This document shows positions 9,232-16,342 of a stretch of DNA of 64,000 bases, piece after piece. The DNA is from Terriglobales bacterium (GTDB taxonomy: Bacteria > Acidobacteriota > Terriglobia > Terriglobales > Acidobacteriaceae). The position numbers and the translations under genes were made by a program. Position 1 is the stretch's first letter. Every line of letters begins with the position of its first letter. The stretch is taken from assembly GCA_045808065.1 (NCBI GenBank), contig JBJMGD010000011.1, positions 128,577 to 192,576 on the forward strand. The letters run 5' to 3'. The notes beneath the pieces were generated by a model. That model did no database searches and was not told the DNA's origin. It saw only the letters and a list, made by a program, of their open reading frames with translations.

Positions 9232-9441
9232 AATTCCCTGCTAATTCCCTGTTCCCCAACGAAATAGCGATAAATGCTCGGCAAACACCTGGAAATACGT
9301 AGGTTAGAGGCGGGCGGCGGAATTCCCTGTTAATCCCTGTTCCTGACCTGATTTTTGCGGAAAATGGGCAGAAATCCGCGAATCGGTGGCCTAAACACAA
9401 AAAGTGCCTGTTAATTTCCCTGTTCCTGGAAAATGGGAAGA
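9232..9441 (+). repeat. Three tandem degenerate units (82-89 bp) built on head-to-tail AATTCCCTGYT pairs
   Basis: The pairs are 9232-9253 (AATTCCCTGCT AATTCCCTGTT), 9321-9341 (AATTCCCTGTT AATCCCTGTT) and 9402-9424 (AAGTGCCTGTT AATTTCCCTGTT), each followed by CC. A GGAAAATGGG(C/A)AGA box follows units 2 and 3 (9359-9372, 9428-9441). The array lies immediately 3' of tRNA-Arg. Confidence 0.8.
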
Positions 9442-9473
9442 GGCGATGCAGTTTCCTGCCCAAGTTTTAAGAG

Positions 9474-9550
9474 TGGCGCGCCCTGAGAGATTCGAACTCC
9501 CGACCTTCTGATTCGTAGTCAGACGCTCTATCCAACTGAGCTAAGGGCGC
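9474..9550 (-). tRNA. tRNA-Arg (anticodon ACG), CCA encoded
   Basis: The minus strand reads GCGCCCTTAGCTCAGTTGGATAGAGCGTCTGACTACGAATCAGAAGGTCGGGAGTTCGAATCTCTCAGGGCGCGCCA. It folds as a cloverleaf with a 7-bp acceptor stem, a GCTC/GAGC D stem, a TCTGA/TCAGA anticodon stem with loop CTACGAA, and a GGGAG/CTCTC T stem with a TTCGAAT loop. Confidence 0.92.
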
Positions 9551-9822
9551 AATGTTTGGGCAAGGTTTGTGTGAGGAAAAACTCGTGCGGACGACAAGAA
9601 TTATAGCAGAGCCAACTCAGTAGAGAACCGGGTTAGACGCCTCGAAACCAACGTTTGCTTCGACATTGAAATGCGAGCGACCGCGAGTTCAGGAAATCAA
9701 TGCCCGGTCTGTCCCGCTTCTGCTGCTGGGTATGCATGATTTGGCGACATGAAACGCGGTAACATGGCCTGCACGGACCGGAGTAGCGCTCTTCGGCCAT
9801 CTCACCATTAAGGAGCACGTAT

Positions 9823-11028
9823 ATGTACCGCTCCAATCGATCAAGTTTGGCAGCCTTGAGCTTTCTTGCTTTATGCATTCCCGGATTTGCACAGCGGACC
9901 GGCGCCACTGGAACTCCAAGCACCGGCAGCCGTCCTACGGGACCCACCAGCACACCAACTGTTCCTCAGTCACCTACTAACTTTCCGAATCCGCAAACCG
10001 AGCGACAGGTCATGTACATCTCGGGGAGCGTCGTCCTCCAGGAAGGCAATCCTCCGCCGGAGCCGGTAGCAATCGAGCGTGTATGCGGTGGATCAGCGCA
10101 CAAAGAGGGATATACCGACTCCAAGGGGCACTATCAGATCCAGCTTGGCCAGAACTTGGAAATTCAAGATGTCTCCGAAAGCAGCGGGAGTATTAGTGGG
10201 CTGGGTGGCAATCGTTCGGGAATGGGAGCCCGTGGACCAGGAATGGGCGGCGTGAATCCACGCGATCTGATGGGTTGTGATTTGAGAGCAATGCTACCGG
10301 GGTTTCAGTCGAGCAGCGTGATGATTCGCGTTGAAGGCAGCTTTGGCGAAATTCGCATGGACACGATCGTATTGCAGAAGCTCGGGGGTGGCAGCGGAAC
10401 TACGATCAGTCTCACCACTATGCAGGCGCCGAACAACGCACGACACGACTATGAAAAAGCGCAGAAGCACCTGGCTAAAGAGAACATGAAAGATGCGGAG
10501 AAGGAACTCACAAAAGCAGTAGAGGAGTTCCCCAAGTTCGCCGCCGCCTGGGCGCTGCTAGGCATGATTCATCAGAGTGACAAGCAGATAGACCAAGCCG
10601 CCCACGACTACCAGCAAGCCATTGCGGCCGATCCTCAATATGCCAAGCCATATTTCGGCTTGGCGGTGCTTGCCGCGAATCAGCAAAATTGGAAAGAAAC
10701 TCTTCGCCAAAGTGATCAAGTGAACCGGCTCGCTCCACTCGCGTATCCCGAGGCTTATTTCTTCAGTGGCGTGGCCAGTTACAACCTCGGAAACATGGAT
10801 GATGCAGAGCGGAGTATGCGAAAGTTCTTGACGTTGGACAGCGAACATCGCAAACCCATGGCGGCCCTCTATCTCGGAGACATTCTGGCGCGCAAGCAAG
10901 ATTTTGCCGGCGCCGCGGAACAGGCAAAGGCTTATCTTGCGCTTGCGCCCAACGCTCCGAACTCGGATAGCGTCCGCGAAAAACTGAAGCAGCTCGAGCA
11001 GCTTAGCGGGACAGCGCAAAAGCAGTGA
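9823..11028 (+). CDS. Secreted protein with a carboxypeptidase-regulatory-like beta-sandwich followed by TPR repeats
   Basis: 401 aa. It has the signal peptide MYRSNRSSLAALSFLALCIPGFAQ, an ISGSVVLQEGNPPPEPVAIERVCGG...GYTDSKGHYQIQLG segment, and a C-terminal half with TPR-like A/Y/L periodicity (AWALLGMIHQ, PYFGLAVLAA). Confidence 0.75.
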   Translation: MYRSNRSSLAALSFLALCIPGFAQRTGATGTPSTGSRPTGPTSTPTVPQSPTNFPNPQTERQVMYISGSVVLQEGNPPPEPVAIERVCGGSAHKEGYTDSKGHYQIQLGQNLEIQDVSESSGSISGLGGNRSGMGARGPGMGGVNPRDLMGCDLRAMLPGFQSSSVMIRVEGSFGEIRMDTIVLQKLGGGSGTTISLTTMQAPNNARHDYEKAQKHLAKENMKDAEKELTKAVEEFPKFAAAWALLGMIHQSDKQIDQAAHDYQQAIAADPQYAKPYFGLAVLAANQQNWKETLRQSDQVNRLAPLAYPEAYFFSGVASYNLGNMDDAERSMRKFLTLDSEHRKPMAALYLGDILARKQDFAGAAEQAKAYLALAPNAPNSDSVREKLKQLEQLSGTAQKQ

Positions 11029-11462
11029 GCTCTCACCCGTGATTTGTGTCATTTAGCGATTGCAATTGCGAAATCACGCAACCGCTAAACAACCATCGCA
11101 GTACACGGACTTAAGTAACGCATTTCATCCGTCGTGAGCCATTCTGCTCGCATTCGTTACTTAAGTGATTCCTCGCCGCACTTCGGGGCTTCTATTGCTC
11201 CGTGTTTTCAAGCCTAATGGTTGCAGACAGCAGAAGTGTGCTGTCCGCAAGCATTAGACCCCTAATTGGAGTTCATCGAGATGTTTCAGAACAACGAATT
11301 GTTAGACAGTCTGTGGTTCCGTATGGGCGTACACACGGTTGCCTTCTGGGGCTGGGTAGTGGCCTGCTGTGCACTGCTCGCCATCCGCTAGCACCTAAGT
11401 CGTCCTGATGATGGTTTGCTTCCTTCCATCCTTTAGCTTTCATCGATCTCAAAAATGACTAC

Positions 11463-11504
11463 GGCAGCGCACTGTAACAACAGTTGCGCTGCCCATGTCT
11501 TTTG
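11463..11504. terminator. Bidirectional intrinsic terminator
   Basis: GGCAGCGCACTGT-AACA-ACAGTTGCGCTGCC (11463-11493) forms a 13-bp stem with one bulge. A CTTTTGT run follows on the + strand and an ATTTTTG run on the - strand. It lies just 3' of the minus-strand gene that ends at 11521. Confidence 0.65.
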
Positions 11505-11520
11505 TGCGGTTGCTAAATAA

Positions 11521-12114
11521 TCAAAGGCGATCGGATTTAAGCCGGTACTTGCGGGTGACAGACCTCTCTCCGTGCGTTGCCCGCACAAACACCACCGCAT
11601 TCGCCGCGCCTCCCTCGAGTTGGTCCATATCTAATTCCAGTTCCACGCGACCGTCAGTTTCGCTGACCGCCTGAGAATGGATTGGTACTCCCGCGGGATA
11701 CTGCAGACGCGAAGTGACCAGAGCTCCTTCGATTGCGGATCCGTTCTCCGTCACTAAGAGCCGCATGGTGAGCTTGCGAGCAGCGAGGCGATCATCTGAG
11801 TTGAGCCAGGTAAGCGCGAGGGTTTCTCCCTCTGCATCGCGGATCTCTGTCTGGTCGCGGAAGAATTGCTCAATCGAGCCTGCCTTCACCACATCGAGCA
11901 CTTCGCGGTGCTGCTTCTTCAGCAGATCGTGAATGTGTTCCTCAGAGAAGCCTGGATTTCCAACCTGCTCTGCGTAGGACGATCCATATTTGCCGATGCA
12001 GTGCCCCTGGACGAAGACCATCGTTTGCAACAGCAGGTCGGCCTTTCGCGCTTCACTCTGGACGTGATAGATGGTCGCGCCTTGTTTTACATCTGTATTA
12101 AAGCCAAAGATCAT
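11521..12114 (-). CDS. Hypothetical protein (197 aa)
   Basis: The ORF is long with a protein-like composition (MIFGFNTDVKQGATIYHVQSEARKADLLLQTMVFVQGHCIGKYG...). It has its own terminator. I did not recognise any motif. Confidence 0.6.
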   Translation of the reverse strand: MIFGFNTDVKQGATIYHVQSEARKADLLLQTMVFVQGHCIGKYGSSYAEQVGNPGFSEEHIHDLLKKQHREVLDVVKAGSIEQFFRDQTEIRDAEGETLALTWLNSDDRLAARKLTMRLLVTENGSAIEGALVTSRLQYPAGVPIHSQAVSETDGRVELELDMDQLEGGAANAVVFVRATHGERSVTRKYRLKSDRL

Positions 12115-12220
12115 CGGGTTCGGTTGCGAGTAACTGAGTTGCTCAGATCAATGCTCACCATGCGAATGACTTTTTGATGACGCTGCTTGTCGTGAGTTCA
12201 CACTTCCAGCGCTGCTGCGC

Positions 12221-12250
12221 TTGACACTCCATCACAGCGAAACTTATAGT
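12221..12250 (+). promoter_or_regulatory. Candidate sigma-70 promoter of the nuo operon
   Basis: TTGACA (12221-12226), an 18-nt spacer and TATAGT (12245-12250) lie 47 nt upstream of the nuoA start. Confidence 0.4.
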
Positions 12251-12296
12251 CAAATGTTTCAACGTCACTGTCGGCGCACATTGTATAACGGCCTCT

Positions 12297-12746
12297 ATGC
12301 CGGACCAGCCACTACCTTACTACGTCAACTATCTCCCTCTGCTCATGCAGATCGCCGTTGCGTGCGTAGTTGCCGGCGGGATGGTGGCACTCTCTGCAGT
12401 GATCGGAAAACATCGTTATAGCCGTACCAAAATGCAAGCCTATGAGTGCGGCATGGTCGGCACCGGCGACGCCCGGCAACGCTTCTCCGTTAAGTTTTAT
12501 ATGGTCGCCATGCTCTTTATCCTCTTCGACGTGGAGGCGATCTTCCTCATTCCCTGGGCAGTAATTTACCGCAAGCTGCCTGCGGCCATAGCGCCCGCCC
12601 TCAACGCCGCTCCGCACGACTTCAGCGCGCGCATGTTCGGCTTCTGGGAGATGCTGGTGTACATCGGCATCGTGCTGGTTGGATTCTTCTACATTTGGAA
12701 GAAGGGCGCGCTTGATTGGAATACCACGGAGAAATCGGACTTATAG
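12297..12746 (+). CDS. nuoA: NADH-quinone oxidoreductase subunit A
   Basis: 149 aa with three TM segments. It has the YECGM...RFSVKFYMVAMLFILFDVEAIFLIPWA signature. Confidence 0.9.
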   Translation: MPDQPLPYYVNYLPLLMQIAVACVVAGGMVALSAVIGKHRYSRTKMQAYECGMVGTGDARQRFSVKFYMVAMLFILFDVEAIFLIPWAVIYRKLPAAIAPALNAAPHDFSARMFGFWEMLVYIGIVLVGFFYIWKKGALDWNTTEKSDL

Positions 12747-13238
12747 ATGGCCCTTCAACCCGCAATTACTGACTTGGAACAGCTTAAAGGCAGGCCGGCG
12801 GTCGCGGCCCTGCAGAATGCGTCATTGCTGGAGTCGGTGAAGTTGGATCGTGACGAACTGACCATCGATGTGAATCGCGCCGACATCAAGCAAGCTTGCG
12901 AGAGCCTCCGCAGCAGCCCGGAAACCGATTTCAATTTCCTGTCGGACATCACTTGCGTTGACGTCTTCCCTTCCGAGCCGCGATTCGAAGTTATCTACCA
13001 TTTGCTGTCCCACTCGCGCAAAGATCGTGTTCGTTTGATCGCTCGAGTGCCCGGCGGAGATCCATCGATCGAGTCGCTCATGGGCCTATGGCCCGCTTCG
13101 AACTTCTTCGAGCGTGAGATCTTTGACTTGTTCGGAGTGCGCTTCATCGGCCATCCCAACCTACGCCGCATCATGATGCCTGAGGATTGGGAAGGCCATC
13201 CGCTCCGCAAAGATTACCCGGTGGAGGGCTATCGCTAA
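12747..13238 (+). CDS. nuoC: NADH-quinone oxidoreductase subunit C
   Basis: 163 aa. It has FEVIYHLLS, ANFFEREIFDLFGVRFIGHP and EDWEGHPLRKDYP. It starts at the nucleotide after the nuoA stop, so no nuoB lies between them. Confidence 0.95.
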   Translation: MALQPAITDLEQLKGRPAVAALQNASLLESVKLDRDELTIDVNRADIKQACESLRSSPETDFNFLSDITCVDVFPSEPRFEVIYHLLSHSRKDRVRLIARVPGGDPSIESLMGLWPASNFFEREIFDLFGVRFIGHPNLRRIMMPEDWEGHPLRKDYPVEGYR

Positions 13239-14444
13239 GTGGCGCACCTGAATCCCACACCGGTTCTCGAACCCTCTGAAGACCGCACCATGATCTTGAA
13301 CATGGGGCCGCAGCACCCGTCCACCCATGGCGTGCTGCGCCTGCTGCTCGAGATCGACGGCGAAACCGTCGTGAAGTGCATTCCCGATATCGGATATCTA
13401 CACACGGGAATTGAGAAGACCTGCGAGGCCAAGTTCTATCAGCAGGTGGTGCCGCTCACCGACCGTATCGACTATCTGTGCCCGATGACCAACAATCTCG
13501 CGTATTGTCTGGCCGTCGAGAAGCTGATCCAGTTGGAGATTCCGCCGCGTGCGCAGTATGTGCGCGTGCTCCTGAACGAGCTTACCCGCATTAATTCGCA
13601 TCTCGTCTGGCTGGGCACACACGCTCTCGACATCGGCGCGATGACCGTCTTCCTCTACTGCTTCCGTGAACGCGAGCAGTTGCTGAAGATCTTCGAGAAC
13701 GTTTCCGGCCAGCGCATGATGACCTCCTACTTCCGCATCGGAGGCCTTGCCCTCGATCCTCCCTTGGATTTCTGGAAACAGGTGAAGGACTTCATTAATA
13801 AATTTTCAGATCGCGTTGATGAGTATGAAGGTTTGCTGACAGAGAATCCCATTTGGGTAGAGCGCACCAAAGGCGTTGCTCACATTACGGCGGAAGAATG
13901 CATTGCTCTCGGCGTGACTGGTCCGACGGCTCGTGGCAGCGGCATCGATTGGGACCTGCGCCGCGATATGCCGTATTCGAGCTACGAGAAATTCACGTTC
14001 AAAGTGCCGGTAGCGACCGACGGAGATGTATACGCGCGCTACTTGTTGCGCGTTCAGGAATTGCGGGAGTCCAACAAGATCGCACGTCAGGCGCTGGAAG
14101 GGGTGCCGGAAGGACCGTACAAGGCCGATTCTCCAAAGGTCATCTTGCCCGATCGCGAGAAGATGAAGACGCAGATGGAAGCCCTCATCTATCACTTTAA
14201 GATTGTGACCGAGGGCTTCACGGTTCCAGCCGGCGAGGTCTATCAGGCGGTGGAGTCGCCCCGCGGAGAAATGGGCTACTACGTCCGCAGCGACGGCACG
14301 CCGAAGCCATATCGCGTACACATGCGCGCAGCATGCTTGGCGAATTTGCAAGCTCTAGAGAAGCTTTGCGTAGGACGATTGCTCGCTGATGTTGTAGCGG
14401 CAATCGGCAGCATCGATATCGTGCTCGGGGAGATCGATCGCTGA
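13239..14444 (+). CDS. nuoD: NADH-quinone oxidoreductase subunit D
   Basis: 401 aa with a GTG start. It has ILNMGPQHPSTHGVLRLLLEIDGE, YLHTGIEK and ESPRGEMGYYV. Confidence 0.95.
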   Translation: MAHLNPTPVLEPSEDRTMILNMGPQHPSTHGVLRLLLEIDGETVVKCIPDIGYLHTGIEKTCEAKFYQQVVPLTDRIDYLCPMTNNLAYCLAVEKLIQLEIPPRAQYVRVLLNELTRINSHLVWLGTHALDIGAMTVFLYCFREREQLLKIFENVSGQRMMTSYFRIGGLALDPPLDFWKQVKDFINKFSDRVDEYEGLLTENPIWVERTKGVAHITAEECIALGVTGPTARGSGIDWDLRRDMPYSSYEKFTFKVPVATDGDVYARYLLRVQELRESNKIARQALEGVPEGPYKADSPKVILPDREKMKTQMEALIYHFKIVTEGFTVPAGEVYQAVESPRGEMGYYVRSDGTPKPYRVHMRAACLANLQALEKLCVGRLLADVVAAIGSIDIVLGEIDR

Positions 14445-14926
14445 TGCGATATTCTCCGCAGCTAGAGCAGCGGTTTCAGACCCTGGCTACCCAATATCCG
14501 TGGAAACGGTCCGCGCTGATTCCCATGTTGCTCTACGGTCAAGATGAAGTTGGCTATTTGAGCGACGACGTGATTTCGGACATCGCCCGGCGCCTCGACT
14601 TAACCGAACTCGAAGTTCGCAATGTCATCAGCTACTACTCCTTGCTGCGCACCAAGCCTGCCGGCAAGTACGTTGTCCAGGTCTGTACGAACATCAGTTG
14701 CATGGTGCGGGGCGCGGAAGAACTATTCGACCACTGCAAGCAGCGGCTGGGTGTCGATCACAAGCAAGTCACGCGCGACGGCACATTTTCGCTTGAAGAA
14801 GTGGAATGCATCGGCGCCTGCAGTTGGGCTCCAGCGGTGCAAGTGAATTACGACTTCCATCTCGACGTCACTCCCCAAAAGATGGACAAGATTCTCGAAG
14901 ACTACGGGAAGAACAGCCGCCAGTGA
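14444..14926 (+). CDS. nuoE: NADH-quinone oxidoreductase subunit E (2Fe-2S)
   Basis: 160 aa. The four-Cys pattern VCTNISCMVRG...CIGACSWAP is present. Its start overlaps the nuoD stop by 1 nt. Confidence 0.95.
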   Translation: MRYSPQLEQRFQTLATQYPWKRSALIPMLLYGQDEVGYLSDDVISDIARRLDLTELEVRNVISYYSLLRTKPAGKYVVQVCTNISCMVRGAEELFDHCKQRLGVDHKQVTRDGTFSLEEVECIGACSWAPAVQVNYDFHLDVTPQKMDKILEDYGKNSRQ

Positions 14927-16260
14927 AGACCCGCTACACACCCACGCCACTGGTGTCGCATCCCGACGAGGTGCGCGTCATCTCCAAGCGCTTTGGCCAG
15001 GGTGCGCAGGATATCGATCGCTACATCCAGCTCGATGGCTACAAGGCCGCCCGCAAAGCCCTAGATATGCAGCCCGACGACATCATCAATGAAGTGAAGG
15101 CGTCGGGGCTGCGCGGCCGAGGTGGCGCAGGTTTTGCCACGGGCATGAAGTGGGCATTTATTCCCAAGCAGTCGGAAAGCCCGAAGTACATCCTGATCAA
15201 CGGCGATGAGAGCGAGCCGGCCACCTGCAAAGACCGTTTGATCTGCGAGTACGATCCGCACTCCGTCATCGAAGGCGTGATTATCGCTGGTCTGGCGGTA
15301 GGAGCGAAGACCGGCTTTATTTATCTGCGTGGTGAGTACCGTTATTTGCTCGAGATCATGGAGAAAGCCGTAGCCGACGCGTATGCAAAAGGCTTTCTCG
15401 GCAAGAACATATTCGGCAGCGGACGAGAGTTCAACATCCTCACCCACACTGGCGCCGGCGCCTATGAAGTGGGGGAAGAATCCGCGCTAATGGAGTCGCT
15501 CGAAGGCAAGCGCGGATTGCCGCGGCTGAAGCCTCCCTTCCCTGCCATCAAGGGCCTGTACGGTGGACCGACTGTAATCAACAACGTTGAGACCATCGCG
15601 ACCGTGCCTCCGATCATCCTGAATGGCGGTAAATGGTATGTCGCCTTTGGACCAAACGAAAAAAATGGCGGCACGCGGCTCACATGTCTGACGGGAAACT
15701 TCAACAAGCCCGGCGTCTATGAATTGCCGCTCGGATATCCCATAAAGAAGATGATCTACGACGTCGGCGGAGGGATCCCCAACGGCCGGAATCTCAAAGC
15801 TCTGGTTCCCGGCGGATCGTCCACCTTTCTTCTTACTCGTGAAGAAGCCGAGTCTGCCACCATGGATTACGACTGGTTCGCCAAGCGTGGCGAGTTCATG
15901 GGTTCAGGCGGCGTAGTGGCCATTGACGATCACACCTGCATGGTAAAGATGGCACTCCGCATCATGAAGTTCTACCAACACGAGAGCTGCGGGTGGTGTA
16001 TCCCCTGCCGCGAAGGAACAGATTGGCTCAAGAAAACTTTGACACGCTTCCACGACGGCGGTGGCGTTCACAAGGACATCGACCAGATGCTGTACCTTTC
16101 GAACAACATGGCAGGCCGAACGTTCTGCGCGTTAGGCGACGCTGCAGCCTTCCCCACCATATCGATCATTAAGAAGTGGCGGCAGGAGTTTGAAGACCAT
16201 CTGGATGGCAAATCGTGTCCATTTGAGAAGAGAACGTCGAGGGAAATGGCCTTGGCCTGA
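14923..16260 (+). CDS. nuoF: NADH-quinone oxidoreductase subunit F (FMN/NADH-binding, 4Fe-4S)
   Basis: It has GLRGRGGAGFATGMKW, the GAGAYEVGEESAL FMN motif and ESCGWCIPCREG. The start was set at GTG 14923 (GTGA overlap with the nuoE stop) rather than the track's 14806. Confidence 0.95.
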   Translation: MKTRYTPTPLVSHPDEVRVISKRFGQGAQDIDRYIQLDGYKAARKALDMQPDDIINEVKASGLRGRGGAGFATGMKWAFIPKQSESPKYILINGDESEPATCKDRLICEYDPHSVIEGVIIAGLAVGAKTGFIYLRGEYRYLLEIMEKAVADAYAKGFLGKNIFGSGREFNILTHTGAGAYEVGEESALMESLEGKRGLPRLKPPFPAIKGLYGGPTVINNVETIATVPPIILNGGKWYVAFGPNEKNGGTRLTCLTGNFNKPGVYELPLGYPIKKMIYDVGGGIPNGRNLKALVPGGSSTFLLTREEAESATMDYDWFAKRGEFMGSGGVVAIDDHTCMVKMALRIMKFYQHESCGWCIPCREGTDWLKKTLTRFHDGGGVHKDIDQMLYLSNNMAGRTFCALGDAAAFPTISIIKKWRQEFEDHLDGKSCPFEKRTSREMALA

Positions 16261-16342
16261 TTTAGTAATTGAGTAATTTAAGAATTCAAATTACCCAATC
16301 ACTCAATCACCAAATTACCTAATTTGCGAGTTATGAAAATTC

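Noticed and set aside
9232-9441. The tandem array next to tRNA-Arg, considered as a CRISPR array or as the edge of an integrated genomic island.
   Set aside because: There are only three degenerate units with non-uniform spacing and no cas genes. I also saw no integrase gene or duplicated tRNA 3' segment (att repeat) in the flanking 600 bp.
8937-9463. ORFs of 112-115 aa (8937..9284 and 9125..9463, minus strand) in the tract 3' of tRNA-Arg.
   Set aside because: They overlap each other and the repeat units and have no recognisable motifs or start context. The composition (Arg/Ser/Cys/Phe-rich) is not protein-like.
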